From: Macrostomum hystrix
Taxonomy: Eukaryota > Animalia > Platyhelminthes
Assembly: GCA_950097015.1 (NCBI GenBank)
Contig: CATNEN010000005.1
Span: 1,612,001-1,676,000, forward strand
DNA length: 64,000 nt
Direction: 5' to 3'
In this document: positions 19,797 to 30,914 of the stretch, one piece after another
Layout: each line of letters starts with the position of its first letter
How positions within the stretch are numbered: the first letter of the stretch is position 1
Notes under the pieces: generated by a model
The model's database searches: none
Seen by the model: only the letters and a program-made list of their open reading frames with translations
Told to the model about the DNA's origin: nothing
Made by a program: the position numbers and the translations under genes

Positions 19797-22700
19797 GGGG
19801 GAGCTTTCGCGACCCCGAGCGCGCCTGGCGCGCTTCCCAATGCTGCCGCCTTCACGTGGCGGGACCGTCCGGACTCACCCCCGGCGAAGTGCAGCGCTCA
19901 CCCTGGACATCGTCTGGGGACAGGACACCTCGGGTTTTTCCCAGCTGGACCAGCCTCACCGGCTCACCTGGCCCAGCTGCTCCTCCGAGCCGGCGACGTG
20001 GAGACCAACCCTGGGCCACCAACGTCGTACTCATGCGGTGGCTGCAGCACTAACGTCCACAGCTTTCGCATTTTACAACTTAACGCCGCCGGCCTCCGCG
20101 CCCGTAAGCTCGAACTCCTCCATTTCCTCGAGGCCAAGTCCATCGATGTCGCCTGTGTTCAGGAGACGAATTTGACGGCGACCGGGTCCCTCCCAAGACT
20201 GCCGGGCTGGCAATTTGCCGCCCGCAGGGACCGTCGAGCCAATCGCGCTGGCGAGCCGGCGGAGACGCCGCACGGCGGAGTCTGCTTCCTGATCAAAGAA
20301 GGTATCGACTTCTCCGAGATCCAGATGCCACCCCCCAAGGCTGTCAACTCGGCCACGGAAGCCTCCGCGGTCACTATTCACGACTCGCGTATCGGCCGCC
20401 CACTCTCGATCATTAACCTCTACATCCCACCGGTCCGTGCAGGAGACGGACGGGTCAGCGACTTCGAACCAGACTGGCTCCCATCCGGCCCCGACACCGT
20501 TATCCTCGGCGACATTAACGCGCACCACGGGATGTGGGACGAGAGCTGCGAGACCGACGACGCCCTGGGGACCGAGTTCGAAAACTGGGCCACGACGTTC
20601 GACTACGTCGCGCTTAACGATGGCTCCTTCACCAGAATCAGCCCCAGAGGCCTGACCAGCGCCCCGGACGTGACCTTCGTCCCGGCCAACTGGCAAGACC
20701 GGATGACCTGGAAGACGGAGGCACACATCGGATCCGACCATCTCCCTATCGTTATCGAGATTCGAAACAGCTCCAAGAGGCCCCCTAAGCGGAAACGGGT
20801 GACCCGCTTCGCCTACCATAAGGCCGACTGGACCCTATTCCGCGAGCTCATTTCCGAAGAACTCAAGCATTGGCAGCATCGCCCACCACGCTCGGTCGCT
20901 GGTGCAACCGTTAAACTGAACCACGCCATCCGTTCAGCCGCTCGAGGAGCGATTCCGCAGGGCTCGCGCCGAGCCCCAGTAGCATGGTGGTGCCCTGAGG
21001 CCGAAGCTGCGTGCACCGCCAGACGTCAGGCCCTCGAAGCTCTCCGCACGGATCCTGACAACGACGAGCTCGCCGCGGCGTATCAAGCCGCGGGTGCTTT
21101 CGCCACCGCGTCCATCCGTAGGGCCAAGGAGGCACTCTGGCAAGAATTCATATCCGACAACTACAATAAACTGGACTCGGCCGCGATCTGGAGAATAATC
21201 CGAGTTCTCGACGGGCGGACACCGGCGGCCAGACCATCCGCAGCCATCAAGGACTCGGCCAACCGCTGCGCCACCACGAACTCACAAAAGGCCAACCTTT
21301 TCTGTAGAGAGTACGCAACGGTCGCGCAACTTCCTAAAGACAAAGTGCGGGACCACACAGTCAAACTTGAGGCCAGAAGAGCCCTTGATGAGCCCTGTGC
21401 GTGCAACGGACAACGCCTGGGAATGTGTGCTGACTTCGACCTAGAGGCGCTCACCCGAGCCCTCCGCGCCATCCCGAGCCGGTCCGCCCCAGGGCTAGAC
21501 GGGATTTCCAACTTGATGCTGAAGAATCTGCCGCCAAAGGGGATCGAGCTCCTCCTCTTCACCATCAACCTTTCTTGGCGTAGCGGCCAGTGTTGCGCTG
21601 CCTGGAAAATCGGCGACATCAGGCCGATACACAAGCCTGGGAAAAGCCCGGACGCGACCTCCAGCTACCGCCCCATCTGCCTCCTTTCCTGCACGGCGAA
21701 AGTCGCGGAACGTCTGGTTAACGAACGCCTCACGCACTACCTGGAGTCCGAGAACCTCATCCACCCGGCCCAGGCCGGCTTCCGCCGCGGTCGCTCTACC
21801 GAAGAGCAGATTGCCGCGGCATCCCAGTACGTCTTCGACGGCTTCCAGAAGAAAAAACCGGCAAACCGTACAGCGATGCTGTTTGGGGACTTTTCGCATG
21901 CATACGAGCGCATGTGGCGACAGGCCCTCATCGCTAAGTTACGCCGTAAGAAAGTCCCGACCTGCACGCGCCGCTGGATTCACTCGTATATCTCCGATCG
22001 ACGTGCCATTGTGACCTGGGACGGCAATCAGAGCCCCCAACGCCTCTTCCCTGAGGGCCTCCCCCAAGGCTCCGTCATCGCCCCGACTCTGTGGACGGTG
22101 TTCGTCGATGACCTGTTGGAGGATGCCCCAGAGGACATATTCTCTCTGGCGTACGCCGACGATACGACCTTTGGCGCACAAGGCACGAATTTGAAGATCT
22201 GTGAAGCAAGACTGCAAAGCGCGGCGAACTGGCTCGTCGAGTGGTGCACGACTTGGAAAGTCGACCTGAACAAATCCAAAACAGTCGTCACCTACTTCTC
22301 CCTCGACCCACGTGAGACAAACGGCAAGGCGAGACCAAATATCAGACTCGGAGACATGCCAGCCCCATTCGAGGAACACCCCAAGATGCTGGGCGTGTAC
22401 CTCGATTCACAGCTCACGTTCCGCCACCATGCGGCGGTCCAAAAGCGCAACCTGCAGAAGCGGACAGGCGCCCTGAGGTGCCTTGCTGGTCGAGACTGGG
22501 GGCGCGACCCGAGATCTCTCAGACAGCTTTACCGCACCTACGCGGAAGCGGCGGTCCTACACGGCGCCTCCTCTTGGATGAGCTTTGCGTCCGACGCCTG
22601 CCGCCGGGAAGTTGAGACCCAGCACCTCGCCGCAGCGCGCGTTATCTCGGGGTGCTGCCGATCCACCCCGACTGCCGCGCTCCTCAAAGAGGCCGGACTG

Positions 22701-23932
22701 GCTCCACTCAACACCTCGGCTACGGCCGCTGCGGCTACGCTGATGGAGAAAACCCGGCGAGCAAGACAACAGACACCGCTCAGAACGCTGGCCGAACTCG
22801 ACGTTCAACCGAGAATCCGCGCTCACGGCAACCACGGCGATTTCAGACGCAACTGGAGGACGGAGGCCAATGGCCTGATCGCCCGCGCAGGCCTCGCGGG
22901 ATCCAAGCGCGAACCTGACAACGTGCCACCGCCTCCCCTATCGCCTAACGACAGGATCCACTTCGCAGCGGAACTCGCCAAACCGACCAACCGGGAGGAT
23001 CCCCCGCACGTCAGACGCCAAGCCGCACTGGAGACGCTGGACCGGCTTCCGGAACCCGCCTTGGAACTCTGGACCGACGGCTCGGCCTCCGGAGGCACCA
23101 ATAGAGGCGGATCCGGTGCGGCCCTGTTCATCCGCGGAGCCGCGCCAATCTACCTGACTGCTCCAGCGGGCGCGTTCAGCTCTTCTTTTAGGGCGGAGGA
23201 GTGTGCCCTCCGCATTGGTCTCCTAGCAGCCCTGGAGCGCGTCCCATGGCCCGGCACGGCAGAACTGCGTTGCGCCACTGATTCGCAGGCCCTCATCCGA
23301 TCGCTCGAACAAGGCCCGCACTCTCACCTGTCCCCCTGCGGCCGGGACATCTGGCGCCTCCTCCTCAAAGTCCCTGCGGACCACCACGTGACTATCCAAT
23401 GGGTCCCAGGACACTGTGACCTGAGGCGCAACGACCTGGCGGACAACCTCGCAAAAGACGCCGCCAGACTCCCACAAGACCAAGCGGAAATCGACCTAAA
23501 CAGTGCCAAGTCCGCGATCCGCCGCACACTGGCCGCCGAGGCTCGCGCTGCCTACGAAGCGGACCCACACTGCCGGACGCACCGCGCTGCCTTCCGCGAA
23601 GACCGCAGGTCCGAGGCGACTCTCAGCAGACGCGAGTTGATCACGCTAGCGCAACTTCGCACGGGCCACTCGCCTCTGCTGGCCCAGTACCGCCACCGGA
23701 TTGACCAAGAACAGCCCGCGTCCTGCGGGCACTGCGGACACCAGGAGGAGGACCTGAAGCATGTGATGCTGGAATGCCCAGCTCACGCCCAGACCCGCAA
23801 CCGCGTCCTCGGCCCTAACCCGACGCTGGCCATCCTATCCGACGACGGCCCCCGTGTCCTGTCCTATCTCCAGGCGATAGGGTCGCTGACCCGACCCCCG
23901 GACCTGCCCGGCCAGGAACGTCTAACTAACTA
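19797..23932 (+). mobile_element. Apparently full-length Ingi-like (I-group) non-LTR retrotransposon inserted antisense in DEG/ENaC exon 1
   Basis: 16-bp TSD ACCAAGGCATCCAGGT at 19781-19796 and 23933-23948; (CTAA)3 tail. One open frame encodes 2A, APE (LQLN, QET, GDINAH, SDHLPI), RT (YRPICLL, QAGFR, PQGS, YADD), RNase H (TDGS, AEECA, TDSQA, WVPGH) and CCHC. Confidence 0.95.
19953..20018 (+). other. 2A-like ribosome-skipping (StopGo) peptide LAQLLLRAGDVETNPG/P
   Basis: Exact D-V-E-x-N-P-G-P motif at 19995-20018, preceded by a Leu-rich helix. Confidence 0.9.
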
Positions 23933-24263
23933 ACCAAGGCATCCAGGTCATTACAACGTCGCCGCGACGATAGACAATGCTCAGGCTGACTATGTTGTAC
24001 AACAGGAATGTGAAGAACGCCAGGACGGCGACGGTCCAGAGGGCTCGTTGGCAGCTGGAGTGTGAGCTGAGGATGCGTGGCAAGCCGCGCACCGAGGTCT
24101 TGCGCATGCAGTCAATTAACAGGCGCTTCACCTGGCTGCGACTCGGTTGAGACACGGCCTGCGGAGCTGGTGACTCAATCGTTGCTGCGTTCATGGAGCC
24201 CTTGTTCGCCTCGATACAGCCAAACGGTGGTGGCAATCGGTTGATCTCAACCTTGGACGACAT
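23933..24263 (-). CDS. DEG/ENaC exon 1, 5' half (N-terminus and TM1); start codon probable
   Basis: MSSKVEIN...RKTSVRGLPRI...QRALWTVAVLAFFTFLLYNIVSLSIVYRRGDVVMT. Removing the LINE and one TSD restores the frame into 19780. Confidence 0.8.
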
Positions 24264-24357
24264 TTCGGCTTCCAAGGTTAGAGTTGTGTAGTTGTTCGAG
24301 CTTATGACTATTTCTGTTTCTGATGTGCCGTCTGAAGCTCCTCGGATGTCGTCAATT

Positions 24358-25735
24358 CTCGCAGAATGTCGTCTGATTCTCACAGAATGTCGTCTGATTC
24401 CCAAAGAATGTCGGCTGATTCTCACAGGATGTCGTCTGATTCCCACAGAATGTCGGCTGATTCTCACAGAATGTCGTCTGATTCTCACAGAATATCGGCT
24501 GTTTCTCACAGAATGTCGTCTGATTCCCACAGAATGTCGGCTGATTCTCACAGGATGTCGTCTGATTCTCACAAAATATCGGCTGTTTCTCACAGAATGT
24601 CGTCTGATTCTCACAAAATATCGTCTGATTCTCACAAAATATCGTCTGATTCTCACAGAATGTCGTCTGATTCTCAAAGAATGTCGTCTGATTCTCACAG
24701 AATATCGGCTGTTTCTCACAGAATGTCGTCTGATTCTCACAAAATATCGGCTGTTTCTCACAGAATGTCGTCTGATTCTCACAAAATATCGTCTGATTCT
24801 CACAAAATATCGTCTGATTCTCACAAAATATCGTCTGATTCTTGTAATAACTAAGGCCGAGGCTATTTTTAGTGAGCAGACAAAACTCTCAATCTTTACT
24901 GCCACGCTGAGCGCGCGTCCATATATTATTTGCTAGAACTGGGGTGGCGACACCCACCCCACTCCGCAACCAATCAAACGACCCAGGTGTACACCTGGGC
25001 CTGGCTCACGTGCGTACGCACACTACAATTCTCACAAAATATCGTCTGATTCTCACAAAATATCGTCTGATTCTCACAGAATGTCGTCTGATTCTCACAA
25101 AATATCGGCTGTTTCTCACAGAATGTCGTCTGATTCTCACAAAATATCGTCTGATTCTCACAAAATATCGTCTGATTCTCACAAAATATCGTCTGATTCT
25201 CACAAAATATCGTCTGATTCTCACAAAATATCGTCTGATTCTCACAAAATATCGTCTGATTCTCACAAAATATCGTCTGATTCTCACAGAATGTCGTCTG
25301 ATTCTCACAAAATATCGTCTGATTCTCACAGAATGTCGTCTGATTCTCACAGAATGTCGTCTGATTCTCACAGGATGTCGTCTGATTCTCACAGAATGTC
25401 GTCTGATTCTCACAGAATTTCGTCTGATTCTCACAGAATGTCGTCTGATTCTCACAGTATGTCGTCTGATTCTCACAGAATGTCGTCTGATTCTCACAGA
25501 ATATCAGCTGATTCTCACAGAATGTCGTCTGATTCTCAAAGAATGTCGTCTGATTCTCACAGAATATCGTCTGATTCTCACAGAATGTCGGCTGATTCTC
25601 ACAGAATATCAGCTGATTCTCACAGAATGTCGTCTGATTCTCAAAGAATGTCGTCTGATTCTCACAGAATGTCGTCTGATTCTCACAGAATGTCGTCTGA
25701 TTCTCACAGAATGTCGTCTGATTCTCACAAGATCT
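24358..25735. repeat. 21-bp minisatellite (ATTCTCACAGAATGTCGTCTG)n in two blocks (24358-24843 and 25027-25735) around a unique ~185-bp island
   Basis: Seen directly. The 21-bp period explains the 7-aa repeat ORFs in the track. Confidence 0.97.
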
Positions 25736-26339
25736 GATCTGGTTCTTTAGGAGTATCAACTGAATCTTTCAGACTGTACTAAACCAACCTTCTGAACGAA
25801 CAGCAAATCATTTCGAATGCTTTAGTGGAAAACAAGAAATAGTCATAGCTTTTCACGATAGTCTGTCCTTTAAGTTTCACCCTTCGTATTCATCAAGTAA
25901 TTCAGTGTGCAACAGCTGCACAAGCTTGTGTTAGGCTATGCTTTTTCTGAATCGGTTGCACCTGTGTACTGGGAAACGTCTATTCGTGTTTCCGCTAGGC
26001 AACCAGTCCCGTAAGACCTATCGCGGAAACGTCTATTGGATTATCGACCGCTGTAGTGAAGCACCACTAGTCAAATCTTCATCTAAAAATATTTTGCCTT
26101 CCTACCTGACCAGGTCATTTCATCGCTAACAATTAGCAAAAGATTGGTTGACATAGAATATCTCACACTAGTTAAACAAATGTGTAAAAGTGCTAATACA
26201 CACGCTAATCTGCTAGCTGGATTGCTTCTCTCGTTTAGATCATGAAAAACCTGCACTTTCCGTCTTGAACAAATATGACCGAATAAAGTAGGTCAACCAG
26301 ATTTCTACCCCTCGTTCAAACACCACGAACCACTGGAGA

Positions 26340-27568
26340 GAAGAGAGACAATGCTGATGGGAGAGAGACAAGGCTGATGGGAGACAGAGACAAGGCTGAT
26401 GGGAGAGAGACAAGGCTGATGGGAGAGAGAGACAAGGCTGATGGGAGAGAGACAAGGCTGATGGGAGAGAGACAAGGCTGATGGGAGAGAGAGACAAGGC
26501 TGATGGGAGAGAGACAAGGCTGATGGGAGAGAGAGACAAGGCTGATGGGAGAGAGAGACAAGGCTGATGGGAGAGCGACAAGGCTGATGGGAGAGAGACA
26601 AGGCTGATGGGAGAGCGACAAGGCTGATGGGAGAGAGAGACAAGGTTGATGGGAGAGAGAGACAAGGCTGATGGGAGAGAGAGACAAGGCTGATGGGAGA
26701 GAGAGACAAGGCTGATGGGAGAGAGACAAGGCTGATGGGAGAGAGACAAGGCTGATGGGAGAGCGACAAGGCTGATGGGAGAGAGAGACAAGGCTGATGG
26801 GAGAGAGAGACAAGGCTGATGGGAGAGAGAGACAAGGCTGATGGGAGAGAGAGACAAGGCTGATGGGAGAGAGACAAGGCTGATGGGAGAGAGACAAGGC
26901 TGATGGGAGAGCGACAAGGCTGATGGGAGAGAGAGACAAGGTTGATGGGAGAGAGAGACAAGGCTGATGGGAGAGAGACAAGGCTGATGGGAGAGAGAGA
27001 CAAGGCTGATGGGAGAGAGAGACAAGGTTGATGGGAGAGAGAGACAAGGCTGATGGGAGAGAGAGACAAGGTTGATGGGAGAGAGAGACAAGGCTGATGG
27101 GAGAGAGACAAGGCTGATGGGAGAGCGACAAGGCTGATGGGAGAGAGAGACAAGGCTGATGGGAGAGCGACAAGGCTGATAGGAGAGAGAGACAAGGCTG
27201 ATGGGAGAGAGACAAGGCTGATGGGAGAGAGAGACAAGGCTGATGGGAGAGAGAGACAAGGCTGATGGGAGAGAGACAAGGCTGATGGGAGAGAGAGACA
27301 AGGCTGATGGGAGAGAGACAAGGTTGATGGGAGAGAGAGACAAGGCTGATGGGAGAGCGACAAGGCTGATAGGAGAGAGAGACAAGGCTGATGGGAGAGA
27401 GACAAGGCTGATGGGAGAGAGAGACAAGGCTGATGGGAGAGAGAGACAAGGCTGATGGGAGAGAGAGACAAGGCTGATGGGAGAGAGAGACAAGGCTGAT
27501 GGGAGAGAGAGACAAGGCTGATGGGAGAGAGAGACAAGGCTGATGGGAGAGAGAGACAAGGCTGATGG
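26340..27568. repeat. 20-22-bp minisatellite (GACAAGGCTGATGGGA(GA)n)
   Basis: Seen directly in the sequence. Confidence 0.97.
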
Positions 27569-28038
27569 GAGTTGGCTGGCTAGGTGGGGAGTTGGCTGGC
27601 TAGGTGGGGAGTTGGCTGGCTAGGTGGGGTGTTGGGTGGCTAGGTGGGGAGTTGGCTGGCTAGGTGGGGAGTTGGCTGGCTAGGTGGGGTGTTGGGTGGC
27701 TAGGTGGGCAGTTGGGTGGCTAGGTGGGGTGTTGGGTGGCTAGGTGGGGTGTTGGGTGGCTAGGTGGGGAGTTGGCTGGCTAGGTGGGGAGTTGGGTGGC
27801 TAGGTGGGGTGTTGGCTGGCTAGGTGGGGAGTTGGCTGGCTAGGTGGGGAGTTGGGTGGCTATGTGGGGAGTTGGCTGGCTAAGTGGAGAGTTGGCTGGC
27901 TAGGTGGGGAGTTGGCTGGCTAGGTGGGGAGTTGGCTGGCTAGGTGGGGTGTTGGGTGGCTAGGTGGGGAGTTGGCTGGCTAGGTGGGGAGTTGGCTGGC
28001 TAGGTGGGGAGTTGGCTGGCTAGGTGGGCAGTTGGGTG
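27569..28038. repeat. G-rich 20-bp minisatellite (GTTGGCTGGCTAGGTGGGGA)n
   Basis: Seen directly; the same family recurs at 30915-31750 and 33020-34430. Confidence 0.97.
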
Positions 28039-28359
28039 TTTTTTTATTAAAAATATGTCATTAAAAAGTTTTGCTTTGAGTGCAAGAATAACGTTTGACG
28101 CATGAAAACTGGGCTAGAGAAAAGGGGTGGTCGGGTATCGGGAAAGCCACTCGTTCTATTAAAGCGCAAGGCAGAAGCCCTAAGCCTTGTCTCTCGAAAC
28201 GAAACTTAAAAAGCTTTCTTCTGGCTCGTGTCCACCGCCTTTCACGCCGTCCAACTTGAGCGTGTAAAGCCAAGTCTTTTGTTTTAGACAGATAAGGAGC
28301 AGTGTCCCAGTTTTTATTAAAATAAATTCAGCTTTTTACTTTTTAATTTAAAAGCAGCA

Positions 28360-28441
28360 ATGAACAATTGGAAAGTAATGCTAATGCAAAGCGCTTTGGC
28401 CAACATGTTTGCCGATGACGAGGACTCTGCGCCTATCTCAT
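28360..28441 (+). CDS. PIM-family kinase, probable exon 1
   Basis: ATG at 28360, open to the donor T|GTAAGT at 28442. Phase 1 matches the acceptor tttgacag| at 28530. Confidence 0.65.
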
Positions 28442-28530
28442 GTAAGTTAAATCACGCTCAATTTTATCTTTTGAAGCAAGCCTGCCTGAAAACATATCTC
28501 CCATCCTTGCTCAATCCCATACTTTGACAG

Positions 28531-29645
28531 TTGAAGTACCGAAGCGGCAAGAGCAAGTGGAACAAGAGGTGGACCATTCGCCAACAGCGCTGCCCACAGA
28601 TTCGGCAGCAGATTCCTTGGAGTGGCATCGTCTGGAGGACTTCCGCCGCTGCTACATGGTTGGCACCGAGATCGGTCGCGGCGGCTTCGGCCGAGTCTAC
28701 AATGCCACCAGACGTTGCGACGGCGCCGAGTTTGTAGTTAAGGTCATGGAGAAGAGAAAGATGACCTGGCATAAACTGCCCTGCGAGAAACAAGTCCCAG
28801 TCGAAATCATGCTGCTGCACAAGTGCCGCAACGTCTCTGGCATTGTTCAACCAGTCGAATACTTTGAGGGCGAGCACGAGTGGCTGGTTGTCATGCACAG
28901 ACTCCGCCGCTGCAAGGACCTGTTCGACTACATCTCTAACAAGCGCTACCTGGACGAGTCCGAGGCTAAGCGTCTGCTCCGTCAGCTGCTGCACACCCTG
29001 GTTGACTGCCATCACACCGGCGTGCTGCACCGCGACGTCAAAAACGAGAACCTGCTGATCGACCTGACAGACGGCTCTCTGCGCCTAATCGACTTCGGCT
29101 CCGGAGCCCTGCTTAGAGAGGCCGACTACACTGACTTCAATGGCACCCGGGTGTACAGCCCGCCAGAATGGATCAGGTCGCACCGCTACAATGGCAAACA
29201 GGCCGAGGTGTGGTCAATTGGAATCCTACTGTTTGACATGGTCTGCGGCGACATACCGTTTAAACACGACGACCAGATCTGCGACTGCACGCCCGTGTTC
29301 AAGCGCAAGATTAGCAGCGAATGCCGCGACCTCATCTCCGCCTGCTTGCAGTGTGACCCGGCCAAGAGACCCAGCCTGGAGCAGATGCTGCTTCATCCCT
29401 GGCTTGTTGCCGAGGAAACTATTGAGCCCAACTCTATGCCTGGGACGACAAAGCTGTCCACCCAGCAGCAGCAGCAGCAGCAGTCAAACATGCCGCCTCC
29501 GCCGCCGCCTTCGTCGTGCGCCTCCCTGGAGGAGCTGGAGTCGGTTTACTCGTCGTCCAGAATAGCTTCGGCCGCGTCGTCGTTCTCAGATTATCGTCCC
29601 TGCAGCCACGTGTGCAAGGACTCTGGCTACGGCGGATATTGCTGA
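28531..29645 (+). CDS. PIM: PIM-family Ser/Thr kinase, exon 2
   Basis: GRGGFGRVY, VPVEI, DLFDYI, HRDVKNENLLID, LIDFGSG, YTDFNGTRVYSPPEWI, HRYNG and VWSIGILLFDMVCGDIPF are diagnostic of PIM kinases. Confidence 0.92.
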
Positions 29646-29849
29646 TTTTCTGTCAGCCAATGTTTGCTCTTTTTTATTGTCCTGTTTTAGAATTCAAATT
29701 GGCGCCAAAACTTACGTAAAAGTTCGTACTTCGGACATGTAAAATTTTTGGTTAGTTTTGGCGCCAGTTTAAATTTCACTAGCTCTTTCAGGCCCCCCCT
29801 CCCTGTAAAGTCCCTCCGTTGGCCTAGACCCCTCACCCTCCCCTACCCT

Positions 29850-30330
29850 CTCTCTCCTCTCCCCTCACTGTAAGGTCCCAACCCACCCCTCCCTGTAAGG
29901 TCCCTGGTTCGGACCCCCCGCCCCATAAGGCCCCTGGTTTAAACTCCCCTCCCCATAAGGCCCCTGGTTTAAACCCCCCTCCCTGTAAGGTCCCTGGTTC
30001 GGACCCCCCGCCCCATAAGGCCCCTGGTTTAAACTCCCCTCCCCATAAGGCCCCTGGTTTAAACCCCCCTCCCCATAAGGTCCCTGGTTCGAACCCCCTC
30101 CCTGTAAGGTCCCGGGTTCGACCTCCGTCCCCATAAGGTCCCTGGTTCGAACCCCCTCCCCATAAGGTCCCTGGTTCGAACCCCCTCCCCGTAAGGTCCT
30201 GGGTTCGACCCCCGTCCCCATAAGGTCCCTGGTTCGAACCCCCCTCCCCATAAGGTCCCTGATTTGAACACCCCTTCCTGTTGGTTCCCCGGTTCGAACG
30301 CCCCTCCCCATAAGGTCCCTAGTTCGAACC
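29850..30330. repeat. ~28-31-bp minisatellite (CCCCATAAGGTCCCTGGTTCGAACCCC..)n
   Basis: Seen directly in the sequence. Confidence 0.9.
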
Positions 30331-30409
30331 CGAATAATCATGTAGCGATATTTTAGTCAACAAAATCTCTGCATCAGCTCTTTGTATCTCAATGTGTTGT
30401 ATACAGCAA

Positions 30410-30552
30410 TGAGCATTTAGCAATGAGCTTTTAGTGATAAGTGTTTAGCAATGAGCATTTAGTGATGAGCATTTAGCAATGAGTGTTTAGCGATGAGCAT
30501 TTAGCAATGAGTGTTTAGCAATGAGCATTTAGCAATGAGCATTTAGTGATGA
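30410..30552. repeat. 14-bp repeat (GCAATGAGCATTTA)n
   Basis: Seen directly in the sequence. Confidence 0.85.
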
Positions 30553-30607
30553 GTGTGATATGGTGATACGTACAAGTTGTGTGGGCTGTAGGATGCTGCA
30601 TTGGAAC

Positions 30608-30910
30608 AGCTGAATATGCCGATGCAAAAAGTGCAATTGCAAAAAGTGCAAATAGCTGCGTGTCTTGTGCTCGATAAAATATTGTTTTCAATTTTGTCGG
30701 TCGTGTTTTCGTGCATTGAGGCGCAAATAAATATTCTCCCCTCCATTCTAAGAAGGGCTCTGGTAGAGCATGTTTTGGTCTTCAACTGTTCATTTATTTT
30801 ATTTCAGCTGCAGTGAGTGTAGGTGAGGCTCAGGGGCCTAGGTGAGTCTGGTCATGCGACTTGGTCATTAGAGCAACTGTGCATTTATGAAGTACTGGCG
30901 ACTTGATCCA
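30608..30910. repeat. Unclassified dispersed repeat shared with 60586-60885
   Basis: 30608-30748 matches 60586-60732 in direct orientation. About 30842-30909 matches ~60815-60883 in inverted orientation. Confidence 0.75.
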
Positions 30911-30914
30911 AGGT

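Noticed and set aside
24292-27559. Long ORFs with 7-aa repeats (CRLILTE, SSDSHRM, SLSPISL and similar)
   Set aside because: Artefacts of 21-bp and 20-22-bp minisatellites that lack stops in some frames.
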